NCBI GenBank assembly: GCA_963723855.1 | Contig: CAVRSI010000015.1 | Location: 115,815 to 179,814, forward strand | Direction of reading: 5' to 3' | DNA from: an uncultured Actinomycetes bacterium | Lineage (GTDB): Bacteria; Actinomycetota; UBA4738; HRBIN12 | DNA: 64,000 bases | Part shown: positions 11,828 through 22,149 of the stretch, in pieces | How positions within the stretch are numbered: position 1 is the first letter of the stretch | Layout of the letters: the number at the start of each line of letters is the position of its first letter | Program-made: the position numbers and the translations under genes | The notes under the pieces: model-generated | Databases searched by the model: none | Seen by the model: only the letters and a program-made list of their open reading frames with translations | What the model was told of the DNA's origin: nothing

Positions 11828-12197
11828 GTGCGAGTGTTGGTGGTGGACGATCATCCGGCCTTCCGTCAGGCGCTGACGAGTGCCCTGGAGATGGTGGACG
11901 AGATCGAGGTTGCGGGGGAAGCCGGCGGAGGCATCGCCGCGTGCCGGCAGGCCGAACACGTCGAGCCCGACGTGGTGCTGATGGACCTGTCGATGCCGGA
12001 CCTCTCGGGATTCGATGCGATGGAACGCATGCACGAGCGACGGCCGCGTCTACCCGTGGTGATCCTGACGGCCGACGCCGATCCGGAGGTCGAGGCGGAG
12101 GCGCGCGAAGGCCGGCGCGTCGGGATTCGTGGCCAAGGGCACCCGGCTCGACGACATCGTGATCGTGCTGCACGAAGTCACCGAGAAGTCGGCCTGA
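11828..12197 (+). CDS. Stand-alone response-regulator receiver protein (indel near 12110)
   Basis: VLVVDDHPAF, PDVVLMDLSMP, VVILTA, then GFVAKG in the shifted frame; GAGGAGG SD. Confidence 0.8.
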
Positions 12198-12208
12198 CGT
12201 CCGAAGTG

Positions 12209-12631
12209 TTACTGCGAGTGGGACAGCTCCACCTCGCGCAGCCGGCGGCAGAGTTGGATCAACAACTGGCGGGCCAATTCCGGGAACTGATCCAAGAGGA
12301 CGTTGAAGTCCCACGACGTGACCGAGACGGTCTTGAGATCGGTCGTCGCGGTCACGGTCGCCGAGCGAGGACCGCCGTCGATCAGCGAGATCTCCCCGAA
12401 GTAGGAGCCGGGGCCGAGCTTGGCGTGTTCGATCCCCTCCACCGAGACCGTGGCTTCGCCGTCGACGATCATGTGGAACCCGACGCCGGACTCGCCCTGC
12501 TTCGCGATGACCTTGCCCGCCGGGAATTCCACCTCCTTCGCGATCGCGGCCACCCGTTGCAGCTCCTTGTCGCCGAAGTCGCTGAACAGCGGCACCGATC
12601 GGATCCGCTCGATCGTTCCCTGCTGGTCCAT
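12209..12631 (-). CDS. Stand-alone cyclic nucleotide-binding domain protein
   Basis: VPLFS, phosphate-binding cassette FGEISLIDGGPRSATV; no HTH; GGAGGAGG SD and TATACT -10. Confidence 0.9.
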   Translation of the reverse strand: MDQQGTIERIRSVPLFSDFGDKELQRVAAIAKEVEFPAGKVIAKQGESGVGFHMIVDGEATVSVEGIEHAKLGPGSYFGEISLIDGGPRSATVTATTDLKTVSVTSWDFNVLLDQFPELARQLLIQLCRRLREVELSHSQ

Positions 12632-12721
12632 CGCGTCCCCTCCTCCTGCTCCCGTGAGATCACGGGCGTTCGCGCGGCCAAGTATAGGTGCCGCCCTTCG
12701 CGGCGGTATGCGTGGGACCGG

Positions 12722-14221
12722 CTACGAGCTCTCGGGCCGGTGATGCGGGAACAGGATCAGGTCGCGGAGCGACCCCGCGTCCGTCAACACCATGAGCAAA
12801 CGGTCGATCCCGATACCGATCCCTCCCGCCGGTGGCATCCCGTGCTCGAGCGCCGTCATGAAGTCCTCGTCCAACGGATGGGCCTCCTGGTCTCCGGCGA
12901 GACGCTCCGCCATCTGTTGCTCGAACTTCGCCCGCTGTTCGATGGGATCCGTCAGCTCGGAGAACGCCGTGCCGAGCTCGATCCCGCCCACGATGACGTC
13001 GAAGTGCTCGGTGAGCGCCGGATCCTCCCGGTGCGGGCGGGCGAGCGGAGAGACCTCCCGTGGGAAGTCGCAGACGAACGTCGGCTCGAAGAACGTGTGC
13101 TCCGCCAGCTTCTCGAAGATCTCCAGCACGATCTTCCCCGCCTTCCAGGTGGGATCGACGGGGACGCCGTGGCGATCGGCGAGCTCCGCGAGGTCCGAGC
13201 GATCGAGCGTGACCTCCTCGCCGGTGGCCGCGGAGACGGCCCCCAGCACCGTGACCCGGCGGAAGGGCGGCGTGAGGTCCAGCTCCCGCTCGCGGAACGT
13301 GAAGGTGAGCGAGCCCTTGACCGCCTGCGCGCTCGCCCGGATCAGATCCTCGGCGATCCGCATCATCGTCCCGTAGTCGCCGTAGGCCTCGTAGAGCTCG
13401 AGCATGGTGAATTCCGGGTTGTGCTCGCGGTCGATGCCTTCGTTGCGGAAGTTCCGGCCGATCTCGTAGATGCGCTCCAGGCCGCCCACCAGCAAGCGCT
13501 TGAGGTACAGCTCCAGCGAGATCCGCAGCTTGAGGTCGGTATCGAGCGCGTTGTGATGGGTCGTGAACGGCTTGGCCAGCGCCCCCCCGGCCACGGCCTG
13601 CAGGACCGGCGTCTCCACCTCCGTGTACCCACGATCGTCGAGCTCGCGGCGGATCGTCCGCAGCACGGTGGCGCGCGCCGCGACGTACTCGCGGGCCGTC
13701 GGGTCGGTGATGAGGTGCAGGTACCGCCGCCGCTGCTGCAGATCGGGGTCCTGCAGGCCGTGCCACTTCTCCGGGAGCGGTCGGAGCGCCTTCGTCAGCA
13801 GGGTGAGCGAATCCACCTTGAGCGACAGCTCCCCCCGTCGCGTCCGCACGACGTGCCCGGTGGCGCCGACGATGTCGCCGAGGTCGATCTCCTCGAGCAG
13901 CCCGTAGCCCGCGCCGAGCGTCGCCTCCTCGCAGAAGAGCTGCAGGTCGCCGGTGCGATCGCGGATCACCAGGAACGTCAGCTTCCCGTGCCGCCTGGCC
14001 AGGACGACCCGTCCGGCGACGGACGCGCGGCGGTCCGACTCCTCCTCGTTCTCGAGCCGGTCCTCGAACTCGGCCAGGAGATCCGCGGCGTGGGCGTTGA
14101 CGTCGAAGCCCATCGCGAACGGCTCGACGCCTGTCTCCCGCAGCCGCTCCAGCGACTCACGCCGAGCGCGGAGGACCTCGGCCTCGCGCGGCAGGCCCTC
14201 GTGCGTCTCGAACTCACTCAT
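12722..14221 (-). CDS. lysS: Lysine-tRNA ligase (class II)
   Basis: OB fold; FRNEGIDREHNPEFTMLE; GMPPAGGIGIGIDRL. Confidence 0.97.
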   Translation of the reverse strand: MSEFETHEGLPREAEVLRARRESLERLRETGVEPFAMGFDVNAHAADLLAEFEDRLENEEESDRRASVAGRVVLARRHGKLTFLVIRDRTGDLQLFCEEATLGAGYGLLEEIDLGDIVGATGHVVRTRRGELSLKVDSLTLLTKALRPLPEKWHGLQDPDLQQRRRYLHLITDPTAREYVAARATVLRTIRRELDDRGYTEVETPVLQAVAGGALAKPFTTHHNALDTDLKLRISLELYLKRLLVGGLERIYEIGRNFRNEGIDREHNPEFTMLELYEAYGDYGTMMRIAEDLIRASAQAVKGSLTFTFRERELDLTPPFRRVTVLGAVSAATGEEVTLDRSDLAELADRHGVPVDPTWKAGKIVLEIFEKLAEHTFFEPTFVCDFPREVSPLARPHREDPALTEHFDVIVGGIELGTAFSELTDPIEQRAKFEQQMAERLAGDQEAHPLDEDFMTALEHGMPPAGGIGIGIDRLLMVLTDAGSLRDLILFPHHRPESS

Positions 14222-14993
14222 CCGCGGTCACGACGTTCCGCTCGAAGACCAGACGGAGCCCCTCCAACGTGAGCCACGGTTCGTGGTGCTCGATCGTGTG
14301 GCAGTGCGGGATCACGACGGGCGCGAGCCCACCGGTCGCGATGACGGTCGCCTTCCCCAGCTCGACGACGATCCGTTCGACGATGGCGTCGACCTCCCCG
14401 GCCGTGCCGTAGATCAGGCCGGATTGGATGCACTCGACCGTGCTCTTGCCGATCACCGACGCCGGAGCGGTCAGCTCGACCCGGGTGAGGCGCGCGGTCC
14501 GGGAGAAGAGGCTCGCCGCCGACGCCTGCATGCCCGGCGCGATCACGCCTCCGATGAACTCGCCCTTGTCCGAGACCACGTCGAAGTTCGTGGCGGTGCC
14601 GAAGTCCACGACGATCGCGGGCCCGCCGAACCGGGAGAACGCGGCGAGGGCGTTCACCACCCGGTCGGCGCCGACCTCGCGGGGGTTGTCGGTCAGGATC
14701 GGCACGCCCGTCTTCGTCCCCGGGCCGACGATCACGGGCGGAGCGGGGAAGTAGCGGGCGGCCATCTCGCGCATCGCGGCGGTCACATCGGGAACGACCG
14801 ACGCGACGACCAGACCGGTGACCTGCGACTCGAACGACATGTCCGCCTGCCCGAGGAAGCCGGAGAAGAGCAGGGCGAGCTCGTCCGCGGTCCGCTCCGC
14901 CTGCGTGGAGATGCGCCACGTGTGGGCAAGCTCGTGGCCGCGGAAGACCCCGAGGACGATCTCGGTGTTGCCGACGTCGGCCGCGAGGAGCAT
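14214..14993 (-). CDS. coaX: Type III pantothenate kinase
   Basis: DVGNT, EVGADR, VDFGTAT, GGVIAPG, ATGG, LTLEGL; ATG 14993 lies 7 nt after TAGGAT. Confidence 0.95.
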   Translation of the reverse strand: MLLAADVGNTEIVLGVFRGHELAHTWRISTQAERTADELALLFSGFLGQADMSFESQVTGLVVASVVPDVTAAMREMAARYFPAPPVIVGPGTKTGVPILTDNPREVGADRVVNALAAFSRFGGPAIVVDFGTATNFDVVSDKGEFIGGVIAPGMQASAASLFSRTARLTRVELTAPASVIGKSTVECIQSGLIYGTAGEVDAIVERIVVELGKATVIATGGLAPVVIPHCHTIEHHEPWLTLEGLRLVFERNVVTADE

Positions 14994-15003
14994 GGGCGGC
15001 ATC

Positions 15004-15861
15004 CTACCCAGGCTGCTGGGAGGCCGAGATTGTCGATCAGGCGCGCCGACGGGAAGCGCGCGGCGATCAGGGCACGAGCGGGCCGGCCGAGCTCGGCCGG
15101 CGGCTCGAACGTGGCCTCGTCCACCACGGCGGCGTAGTCGAGCGCCGCCAGCGGTGTCGCACCCACCTCGCGTGCCATCGCCGCGACCAGCACGGCGGGG
15201 TTGCGCTCCCCCGCACGCGAGAGCTCCGCCGCCTCCGAGAGGGCCAGGAAGAGACAGCCCGCCTGCTCGCGTTCCGTCGGGCGAGAGGTAGGCGTTGCGG
15301 GACGGACAGTGCCAGCCCGTCGGGTTCGCGTACCGTGGGGCACGCGACGAGCGTCACGGGCAGCTCGAGCCGTTCGACCATCCGCCGGACGAGGAAGAGC
15401 TGCTGCGCGTCCTTCTCGCCGAAGTACGCGGCCGCCGGACCCACCACCTCGAACAGCCGATGGACGGCGCCGAGCACGCCGGCGAAATGACCGGGCCGCG
15501 CCGCGCCCTCGAAGACCTCGCCGATCGGGCCGGGCTCCGGTGAGGGGAGCTCGACACCCGGAGGGTAGAACTCGTCCGCGGAGGGAGCCCAGACCAGATC
15601 GGCGCCGAGGCGATCGCAGAGGGCGACGTCCCGGGCCTCGTCGCGCGGGTAACGGGTCAGGTCCTCCCCGGGGCCGAACTGCTTCGGGTTCACGAAGATC
15701 GACACGACGACCGTCTCCCGTTCGTTGCGGGCGCGGCGGATCAGCGAGGCATGGCCGTCGTGCAGCGCCCCCATCGTCGGCACCAGTCCGACGTCGGCGG
15801 CCGCGGAACGGCGAGCGTGGACCGCCGCCGTGAGGTCGGCGGCGGCGCGGATCAACTCCAT
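15004..15861 (-). CDS. panC: Pantoate-beta-alanine ligase (frameshifted; end approximate)
   Basis: VPTMGALHDGH, SIFVNPKQF, RPGHFAGV, FGEKDAQQ, REPDGLALS, and RLIDN in a second frame. Confidence 0.9.
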
Positions 15862-16717
15862 CGCGCGAGCACCGCCTCGACCGCGGCACGCCGCTCCTGC
15901 GGCAGGCGGCCGGACCCGGATGCGAGCTCGAGCGCGGCATGGCAGAGCACCACGTACGCGGCGACCGCATCGGGTCTCGCGGCTCGCAGCGCGGCCAGGT
16001 TGCGCTCGATCGTCGTCGCATCGCCTCGGACGGCCGGTCCGGTGAGCGCCTCGGCAGCGCCCAGCCGCTCCACGTTGTCCAGGCTCGCGCGCTGCAACGG
16101 GAGCATCGCGCTCGGCGGATCGGGCACGCCGGCACGCCGGAACAGGTCCTCGGCGATGCCGCTCGTCACGACGAGGTAGTTCGAGGCGAAGACGGCGGCC
16201 GCGTGATAGAGCGGCCGCATGGCGTCGTCCAGCCGGAACGGCCGGGCCATGAGGTCGTCGGCGATGCGCTCCCCGACCGTGTAGCCCTCGTCGTCCACGG
16301 CGGTGACGGCCATGGCGCACCCGGGGATGCGTTCGAGGGCGCCGGCGACGTCGGGGAACGTCTGCAGCGGATGGAGCGCGAGCGGCCGGGCACCGGCCGC
16401 TCGCGCGGGCGAGAGGACGTCGAGACCCGATGCCCCCGACAGGTGGGCCACCCACTGCCCGGAACGGAACCCTCTCCGACTCGGCGATCAGTCCCGGCAA
16501 CCGCCTGGATGTCGTCGTCGGGGACGCCGATGAGGACGAGTTCGCCGGCGCGCGCCGCGTCGGCGGGATCGAGGAACGGCACGCCGGAGAGGAACCGCGA
16601 CGCGCGGTCGCGGGTGGGACCGCGGCCGGCGACCGCGACGATCCGGTGGCCGGCACGGCCCAGGAGGACCGCCATCGCGGTCCCCACGCGTCCCGCGCCG
16701 ACGACCGAGACGTTCAT
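15852..16717 (-). CDS. Rossmann-like + DUF2520 protein (PanG-type ketopantoate reductase candidate; frameshifted)
   Basis: VVGAGRVG, VPDD, HLSGA, LHPLQTF, YHAAAVFASN, LTGPAVRGD; directly upstream of panC. Confidence 0.85.
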
Positions 16718-16752
16718 CGCAGCGAGTATGCCAAGTCGGACCGATCCACCGG

Positions 16753-18136
16753 TCAGCGGATCCAGACGATCGGTCCCTCCGGCGCGGGGGCGTCGGCCGG
16801 AGGCTGCAGCCGAACGAGGTGTCCGTCGATCGTGGCGAACACGCCCTCCGCGGTCTCGACGAAGACGGTGTCGTCGAGCGAGAACGTTCCGTACGGGGTC
16901 CCCGATCACCGGGCCGACGTACCGCGGGGGTCGACGCCGTCCCCCGGCGCGGTATCGAGGAGGTAGAACCCCCGACGGAACGCCTCGCGCCCCACGACGA
17001 GGGCGGAGGCGGCGTTCGCGTTCCATGCCAGCATCCGCGAGATCGCGAACGGCTCGTGCGGGACGCCGTACGGCAGGGGTCTCGGCTCTCCCGAACCCAG
17101 GAACTGCATGGCCGCGCCCTCGAGCTCGTCGTGTGTCTCGTCGGGCCGGAGTAGGGAGCGGCGTCAGGGTGGCGAGCGACTCCTGCGGAACCACGATGAT
17201 GTCGGACAGGGTCGAGATCGCGACCATGGCGTAGCCCGCGAGCACGCGGTGGATCGTCCGGACGGTTCCTCCCGGCGAAGAAGATGCCGACTCGGCCGCC
17301 CCGATCCAGCGTGAACATCGTGCTGGCGTCGTCCAGCCCGATCGAGAGCAGGTCGCCGCAGAGCGCCGGATCCTCGTACCGGCGTTCGCGGAGCGCCGGG
17401 ACGAGCTTGGCCCAGACGATCGACACCGAGCGACGACATCCGGGGCGAAGCGGTCCGCGCCTGCCGGCGGCGACCGTGGCGCCCTGGGGCCCCCAGCTCA
17501 CGAGATCGCCCTCCAGGATCGGCGTCGAGCGGTCGTCGGGCCCGAGGAACCGCAACACGGACGCCTGGAGCCGCCCGTCGCCGAGCGCGGAGGTGACGCC
17601 GATCCAGCCCTCGTTGGCGCCGCGCGCGTCGACGAGCTGGATGGCGCGCGGCACCCGCGGGCCACGTACGGCGCGACCCGTCGCGAGATCCCAGCGCCAG
17701 AGGCGCGACACGCCCACCCCGTCGGGACGGCGTAGACGAGCGTGCCGGTCAGCCCCGTCGGCGCGATGCGCCGCCCGGCGGCGTTCTTCGGGGGTTCCCG
17801 GTGGGCGTTGAGCCAGGAGCCGACGGCGACGGCGAGGACGATGACTGCGAGGACCATCGCGACCAGCGAGCGCGACCTCTGTATCGGGGGCTGTGGTGTG
17901 GCCTCTGCGGGTGCTCGTGTGGGGAGGCTTGACGGGCGGGGCGGGGTCGCGGAAGGGGCCACCATCGCGGTGCTCGCCGCTTCGCGGCTCCGCTCCTCAG
18001 GGCGGCCCCTTACCGCGGCTCCCGCGCCTTCTGACGGTGGCTTCGCCAACCCGTACAGGGGCGCGGCGCAGGAGGGACACGACGTGGCATCGGTTTCGCC
18101 TTGCCAGTCGCATCTGAGGCAGGTGCGGTTCGTCAT
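16753..18136 (-). CDS. Hypothetical protein: N-terminal zinc ribbon, one TM, extracytoplasmic beta-rich domain (frameshifted)
   Basis: MTNRTCLRC..CPSC, TM LVAMVLAVIVLAVAVGSWL; pieces continue in ORFs 16488..17717 and 16906..17109; ATG overlaps the folK stop. Confidence 0.6.
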
Positions 18137-18625
18137 GACGGGACTGCCAGTGGTGGGTACGCGGGGTGGGCGGGTTGGTCGGGGAGGCGCATCTCGAGGA
18201 GGTGCGTGCCGTCGGGGAGGACGGGGTCGGAGAGGAGTTCGAGGAGGGGCATGACGACGAAGGCTCTCTCGTGCATGCGGGGGTGAGGGACGGTCAAGCG
18301 ATCGTCGTCGATGATGAGGCCGTCGATCAGGAGGATGTCGATGTCGATCGTCCTCGGGCCCCAGCGGACGTCTCGCATGCGGCCGAGCGCCGCCTCGACC
18401 CGGTTGACGGCCGCGAGGAGCTCGAGCGGGTCGAGCGTCGTTTCGATCTCGGCGACGACGTTCAGGAAGTCGGGCTGCGGCGGGCCTCCGACCGGATCCG
18501 TCTCCCAGACGCGGGACGTGCGAACGGACCGTGATGCCCGGTTCGGCGGCGAGCATGTCGATCGCGTGTTGGAGCGTCGAGAGCCGGTCGCCGAGGTTCG
18601 CGCCTAACCCGAGGAAGGTCGCCAT
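18133..18625 (-). CDS. folK: 6-hydroxymethyl-7,8-dihydropterin pyrophosphokinase (frameshifted)
   Basis: FLGLGANLGDR; RWGPRTIDIDIL; LTVPHPRMHERAFV. Confidence 0.92.
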
Positions 18626-18632
18626 GGCGCCA

Positions 18633-18986
18633 CTATCGGTGGGGGGCGGTGGCCGCAGCGGCGACGCCATCGACGCCCAACCGCCCGGCAGCGTTCGGCT
18701 TGTGGACGACGGCGGTGACCCGCGCCACGCGGTCGAGCGTCAACAAGTCGTCCGCGATCGCGGCGGCCATCGACTCGATCAGGTCGAACGACCGCTGCTC
18801 GACGATCGCACGGGTCGCCTCCGTGATGCCGCGATAGTCGGCGGTGCCCGTGATCTCGTCGTCGCCGACGTTCACCTCGATGTCGAGGTCCACGACGAAG
18901 TCCTGGGGTTCGTCCTTCTCGCCCGGACGCGCCCCGTGGTGGCCCGTGGCGCGGATACCCGAAAGGAACAACCTGGCGGTGGTCAC
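18633..18986 (-). CDS. folB: Dihydroneopterin aldolase
   Basis: GHHGARPGEK..Q.FVVDL, TADY, FDLIE, VHKP. Confidence 0.92.
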   Translation of the reverse strand: MTTARLFLSGIRATGHHGARPGEKDEPQDFVVDLDIEVNVGDDEITGTADYRGITEATRAIVEQRSFDLIESMAAAIADDLLTLDRVARVTAVVHKPNAAGRLGVDGVAAAATAPHR

Positions 18987-19940
18987 GTCTGCTCCTCCTC
19001 GTCGACGTCGTGCCAGGCATCTTCCTCGTATTCCGCCAGGTCGACCCATGGAGGCCGGCGCTCGAGCTGGATCGTCACGATGCCCGACGCGTCGCCGTGC
19101 CCGCCGTGCGGCTCCTGGAGGTATCGGGCGCGAAGGTACTCGTAGATCATGGGACCGATCGTCTCGATCGCGTCCTCGACCAGGAAATGGCGACAGCCGG
19201 GGAGCAGCCCGAGCGTCGACGTGGGGATCGCCGCGTTCAGCCGCTCCGCAACCGCCGGCGGATAGAACTCGTCGTCCTCGCCCCAGAAGATGAGGACGGG
19301 CATCTCGAGCTTCATCAGGTCCCGCTCGCGGTCGATCAGTCCGGTGCCGTCCATCGCATCGGCGAACCGGAAGAACGCCTCGACGTTCTCGGCTCCCGAC
19401 CACGGTCGCAGGTACTCCATCACCTGGTCGGGGGTGATGCGATCCGGGTCGGCCATCCCCACCCGGAGCGACGCTCGGATGCCCGAGTGCACGAAGAGCT
19501 CCACCTTCTGCTCGGGCGGCGTCCGTTGGATCTCGCGCGTCGAGCAGGGTGGGCCAGGCGTCGAACGCGGTGCTCGACATCAGCACCATGGCGTCGACGC
19601 CTTCGCCGTCCAGCGCGAGCAGCTGCGCGACGCCGCCTCCGACCGAGTGCCCGATGACGGCGTACCGCTCCACCCCGAGGTCGTGGAGGAACTCGCGGAT
19701 GTACCCGGCCTGAGCGACGATCCCCAGCGGCACGCCCGCCCTCTTCTCGGAGTCACCCGACCCGAGCATGTCGGGGACGATCACGCGGAACCGCGACGAT
19801 AGCAACGGTCCGAGGTCTCGCCAAACGAACGACGACTGCGGGAACCCGTGGATCAAGACGACGGCCGGACCGTCCCCCTCATCCGTGTATGCCAGCTCGC
19901 CGCCGGATGTGCGAGCCCGACGCTTCGCGTCGGCCGTCAT
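18983..19940 (-). CDS. Alpha/beta-fold hydrolase (indel near 19545)
   Basis: LIHGFPQ, nucleophile GHSVGG, WGEDD, CRHFL; start and stop overlap folP and folB. Confidence 0.88.
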
Positions 19941-20798
19941 CCACTCCCGCGTGCGATCGCGTCGACCACCCGGACCACGCGCGTCATCTCCTTCACGTCG
20001 TGCACGCGCACGATGTCGACGCGCTCGGCAGCGCACCACGCGACGACACCCGCCGTTCCCTCGATGCGATCGTCGACCTCGGCACCGGTGAGCGTCCCGA
20101 TGAAACGCTTGCGGCTGGGACCCACGAGCAGCGGAACGCGCAGGTGATGGAATGCGCCGGATGTCGTGCAGGATCGCCAGGTTGTGCTCGAGCGTCTTGC
20201 CGAACCCGATCCCCGGATCGATGCAGAGCTGCTCGATGTGGATCCCCGCAGCCACGGCGGCCTCGATGCGCTCGCCGAGGAAGCCGCGCACCTCGGCGAC
20301 GACGTCGTAGTACGTCGGGTCGTCCTGCATGGTCTTCGGCTCGCCCTTCATGTGCATCAGCACCATGCCGGCGCCGGTCTCGACGACCGCCGCGAACATC
20401 GCAGGGTCGCCGCCGGCCGAGACGTCGTTCACGATCGGCCGCGCCCGCCTCGAGCGCGGCCCGCGCGACCTCGGGACTTGCGCGTGTCCACCGACACCGG
20501 GACGTCGGGGTGCTCGTCCACGCAGCCGGCGGATCACCGGGACGACGCGGTGCGATCTCCTCCTCGGCGGGCACGACCTCCGAGCCCGGGACGCGTGGAC
20601 TCGCCCCCGACGTCGAGCAGATCGGCGCCGTCTGCGACCATCTGGGCCGCGTGCTTCACGGCGTCGTCGACGCCGTGCGTAGGAGCCGCCGTCGGAGAAG
20701 GAGTCGGGTGTGACGTTCACGATCCCCATGACCAGGGTGCGCTCGACTGCAGACGGAACCGCGTGCGTCCCGCAGCGCCAGATCGCCTCGTCAGGCAT
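19937..20798 (-). CDS. folP: Dihydropteroate synthase (several indels)
   Basis: MGIVNVTPDSFSDGG, IVNDVSA, LMHMKGEP, IDPGIGFGKT, SRKRFIG, VRVHDV. Confidence 0.92.
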
Positions 20799-20852
20799 GA
20801 CCGCATCGTAGTCCGATGCACCGCGAGTCGCCCCACGGCCGGGCGACGAGGG

Positions 20853-21430
20853 CTAGCGCATGCCGATGTGGCTCATGGCCTCCTGGCGCGTGCGCGCGTC
20901 GGTGCGGAACAGTCCGCGCACCGCTGAGGTCACGGTCACCGAGCCCGGCTTCTTGATGCCGCGCATCGTCATGCAGAGGTGCTCGCACTCGATGACCACG
21001 AACACCCCGCGGGGCGAGAGCGCCTCGTCGAGCGCCTCGGCGATCTCCGTCGTGAGCCGCTCCTGCACCTGCGGGCGCTTCGCGAGCAGGTCGACGACGC
21101 GCGCGATCTTCGACAGGCCGGTGATCTGCTGCTGCTTGTTCGGGATGTACGCGACGTGCGCCTTCCCGCTGAACGGGATGAGGTGGTGCTCGCACATCGA
21201 ATAGATCGGGATGTCGCGCACCATGATCATCTCGTCGTGGTCGGCGCCCTCGACGACGGTCACCAGCTGCGACGCGTCCTGCCCGATCCCCGCGAAGACC
21301 TCTCGGTACATGCGCGCGACGCGTGCCGGCGTCTCCCGGAGACCGCCGCGGTCGGGTCCTCGCCGATCCCCTCGAGGATCAGCCGGACGCCCTGCTCGAT
21401 CTTCTCGTCGTCGAAGCGGTCCTCGTCCAT
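20853..21430 (-). CDS. folE: GTP cyclohydrolase I (indel near 21355)
   Basis: [33 protein letters not shown]. Confidence 0.94.
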
Positions 21431-21442
21431 CGCGGCTCGATG

Positions 21443-22120
21443 CTACCCGTCACCAGGCGGAACGAGCCCGTCGAGCATGTCCGGCAGCCTCACGAGATCC
21501 GTGAGCTCGCCGGCGCGCGGGAGATCGCTCGTCTCGTCCTGCCGGTTGATCCACACGCACGGCAGACCCGAGTGCGGCGCACGGCTGCGACGTCGTGGAA
21601 GAGCGACGCCGCCACGTGCACGTGACGCGCACGGTCGGCCCGGGTCTGCGGAAGAACGACTCCCAGTGTCCGAACGCCGGCTTGTACGAGCCGATGTCGG
21701 ACGCCACGACGCGCAGATCGACCGGCACGCCGATCGCGGCGAGCGACGCGTCCAGGAAGTCGGGGTCGGTGTTCGACAGGATCGCCGAGCTTCCATCCCC
21801 GCGCCCGGAGCTCCGACAGCGACCGGGGCACGTCCGGGAACACGCGGCCAGGTCGGCAGCGACGCCCCAAGCGCGTCCTCGCGACCAGCGGGGACGCCAG
21901 CCCTTCGGCCGTCGCCACGCGCGCGAGCGCCTCGGCCATCACCGTCCTGTAGGGGATGCCCCGACCCGCCTGCACTGCGGGCTCGATCCGGTGATACCGG
22001 GACAGGAGCGTCCCGGCGTCGGCATCGGGCCACAGGCGAGCCGAGTGTCCCGCGGATCCCGGCCATCCAGTCGATGAGGGTTCCGTAGCAATCGAAGGTG
22101 GCCCAACGGTCCGGCGGCAT
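21443..22120 (-). CDS. HAD-superfamily hydrolase (haloacid dehalogenase II-like; frameshifted)
   Basis: [30 protein letters not shown]; TACAAT 6 nt before the ATG. Confidence 0.85.
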   Translation of the reverse strand: MPPDRWATFDCYGTLIDWMAGIRGTLGSPVARCRRRDAPVPVSPDRARSAGGSGHPLQDGDGRGARARGDGRRAGVPAGREDALGASLPTWPRVPGRAPVAVGAPGAGMEARRSCRTPTPTSWTRRSPRSACRSICASWRPTSARTSRRSDTGSRSSADPGRPCASRARGGVALPRRRSRAPHSGLPCVWINRQDETSDLPRAGELTDLVRLPDMLDGLVPPGDG

Positions 22121-22149
22121 CCGCGGATTGTACGGGCGCGTGCCTGGAG

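Noticed and set aside
18633-20798. Apparent FolP-hydrolase-FolB polyprotein
   Set aside because: A mosaic of frames caused by indels; each gene has its own overlapping start and stop
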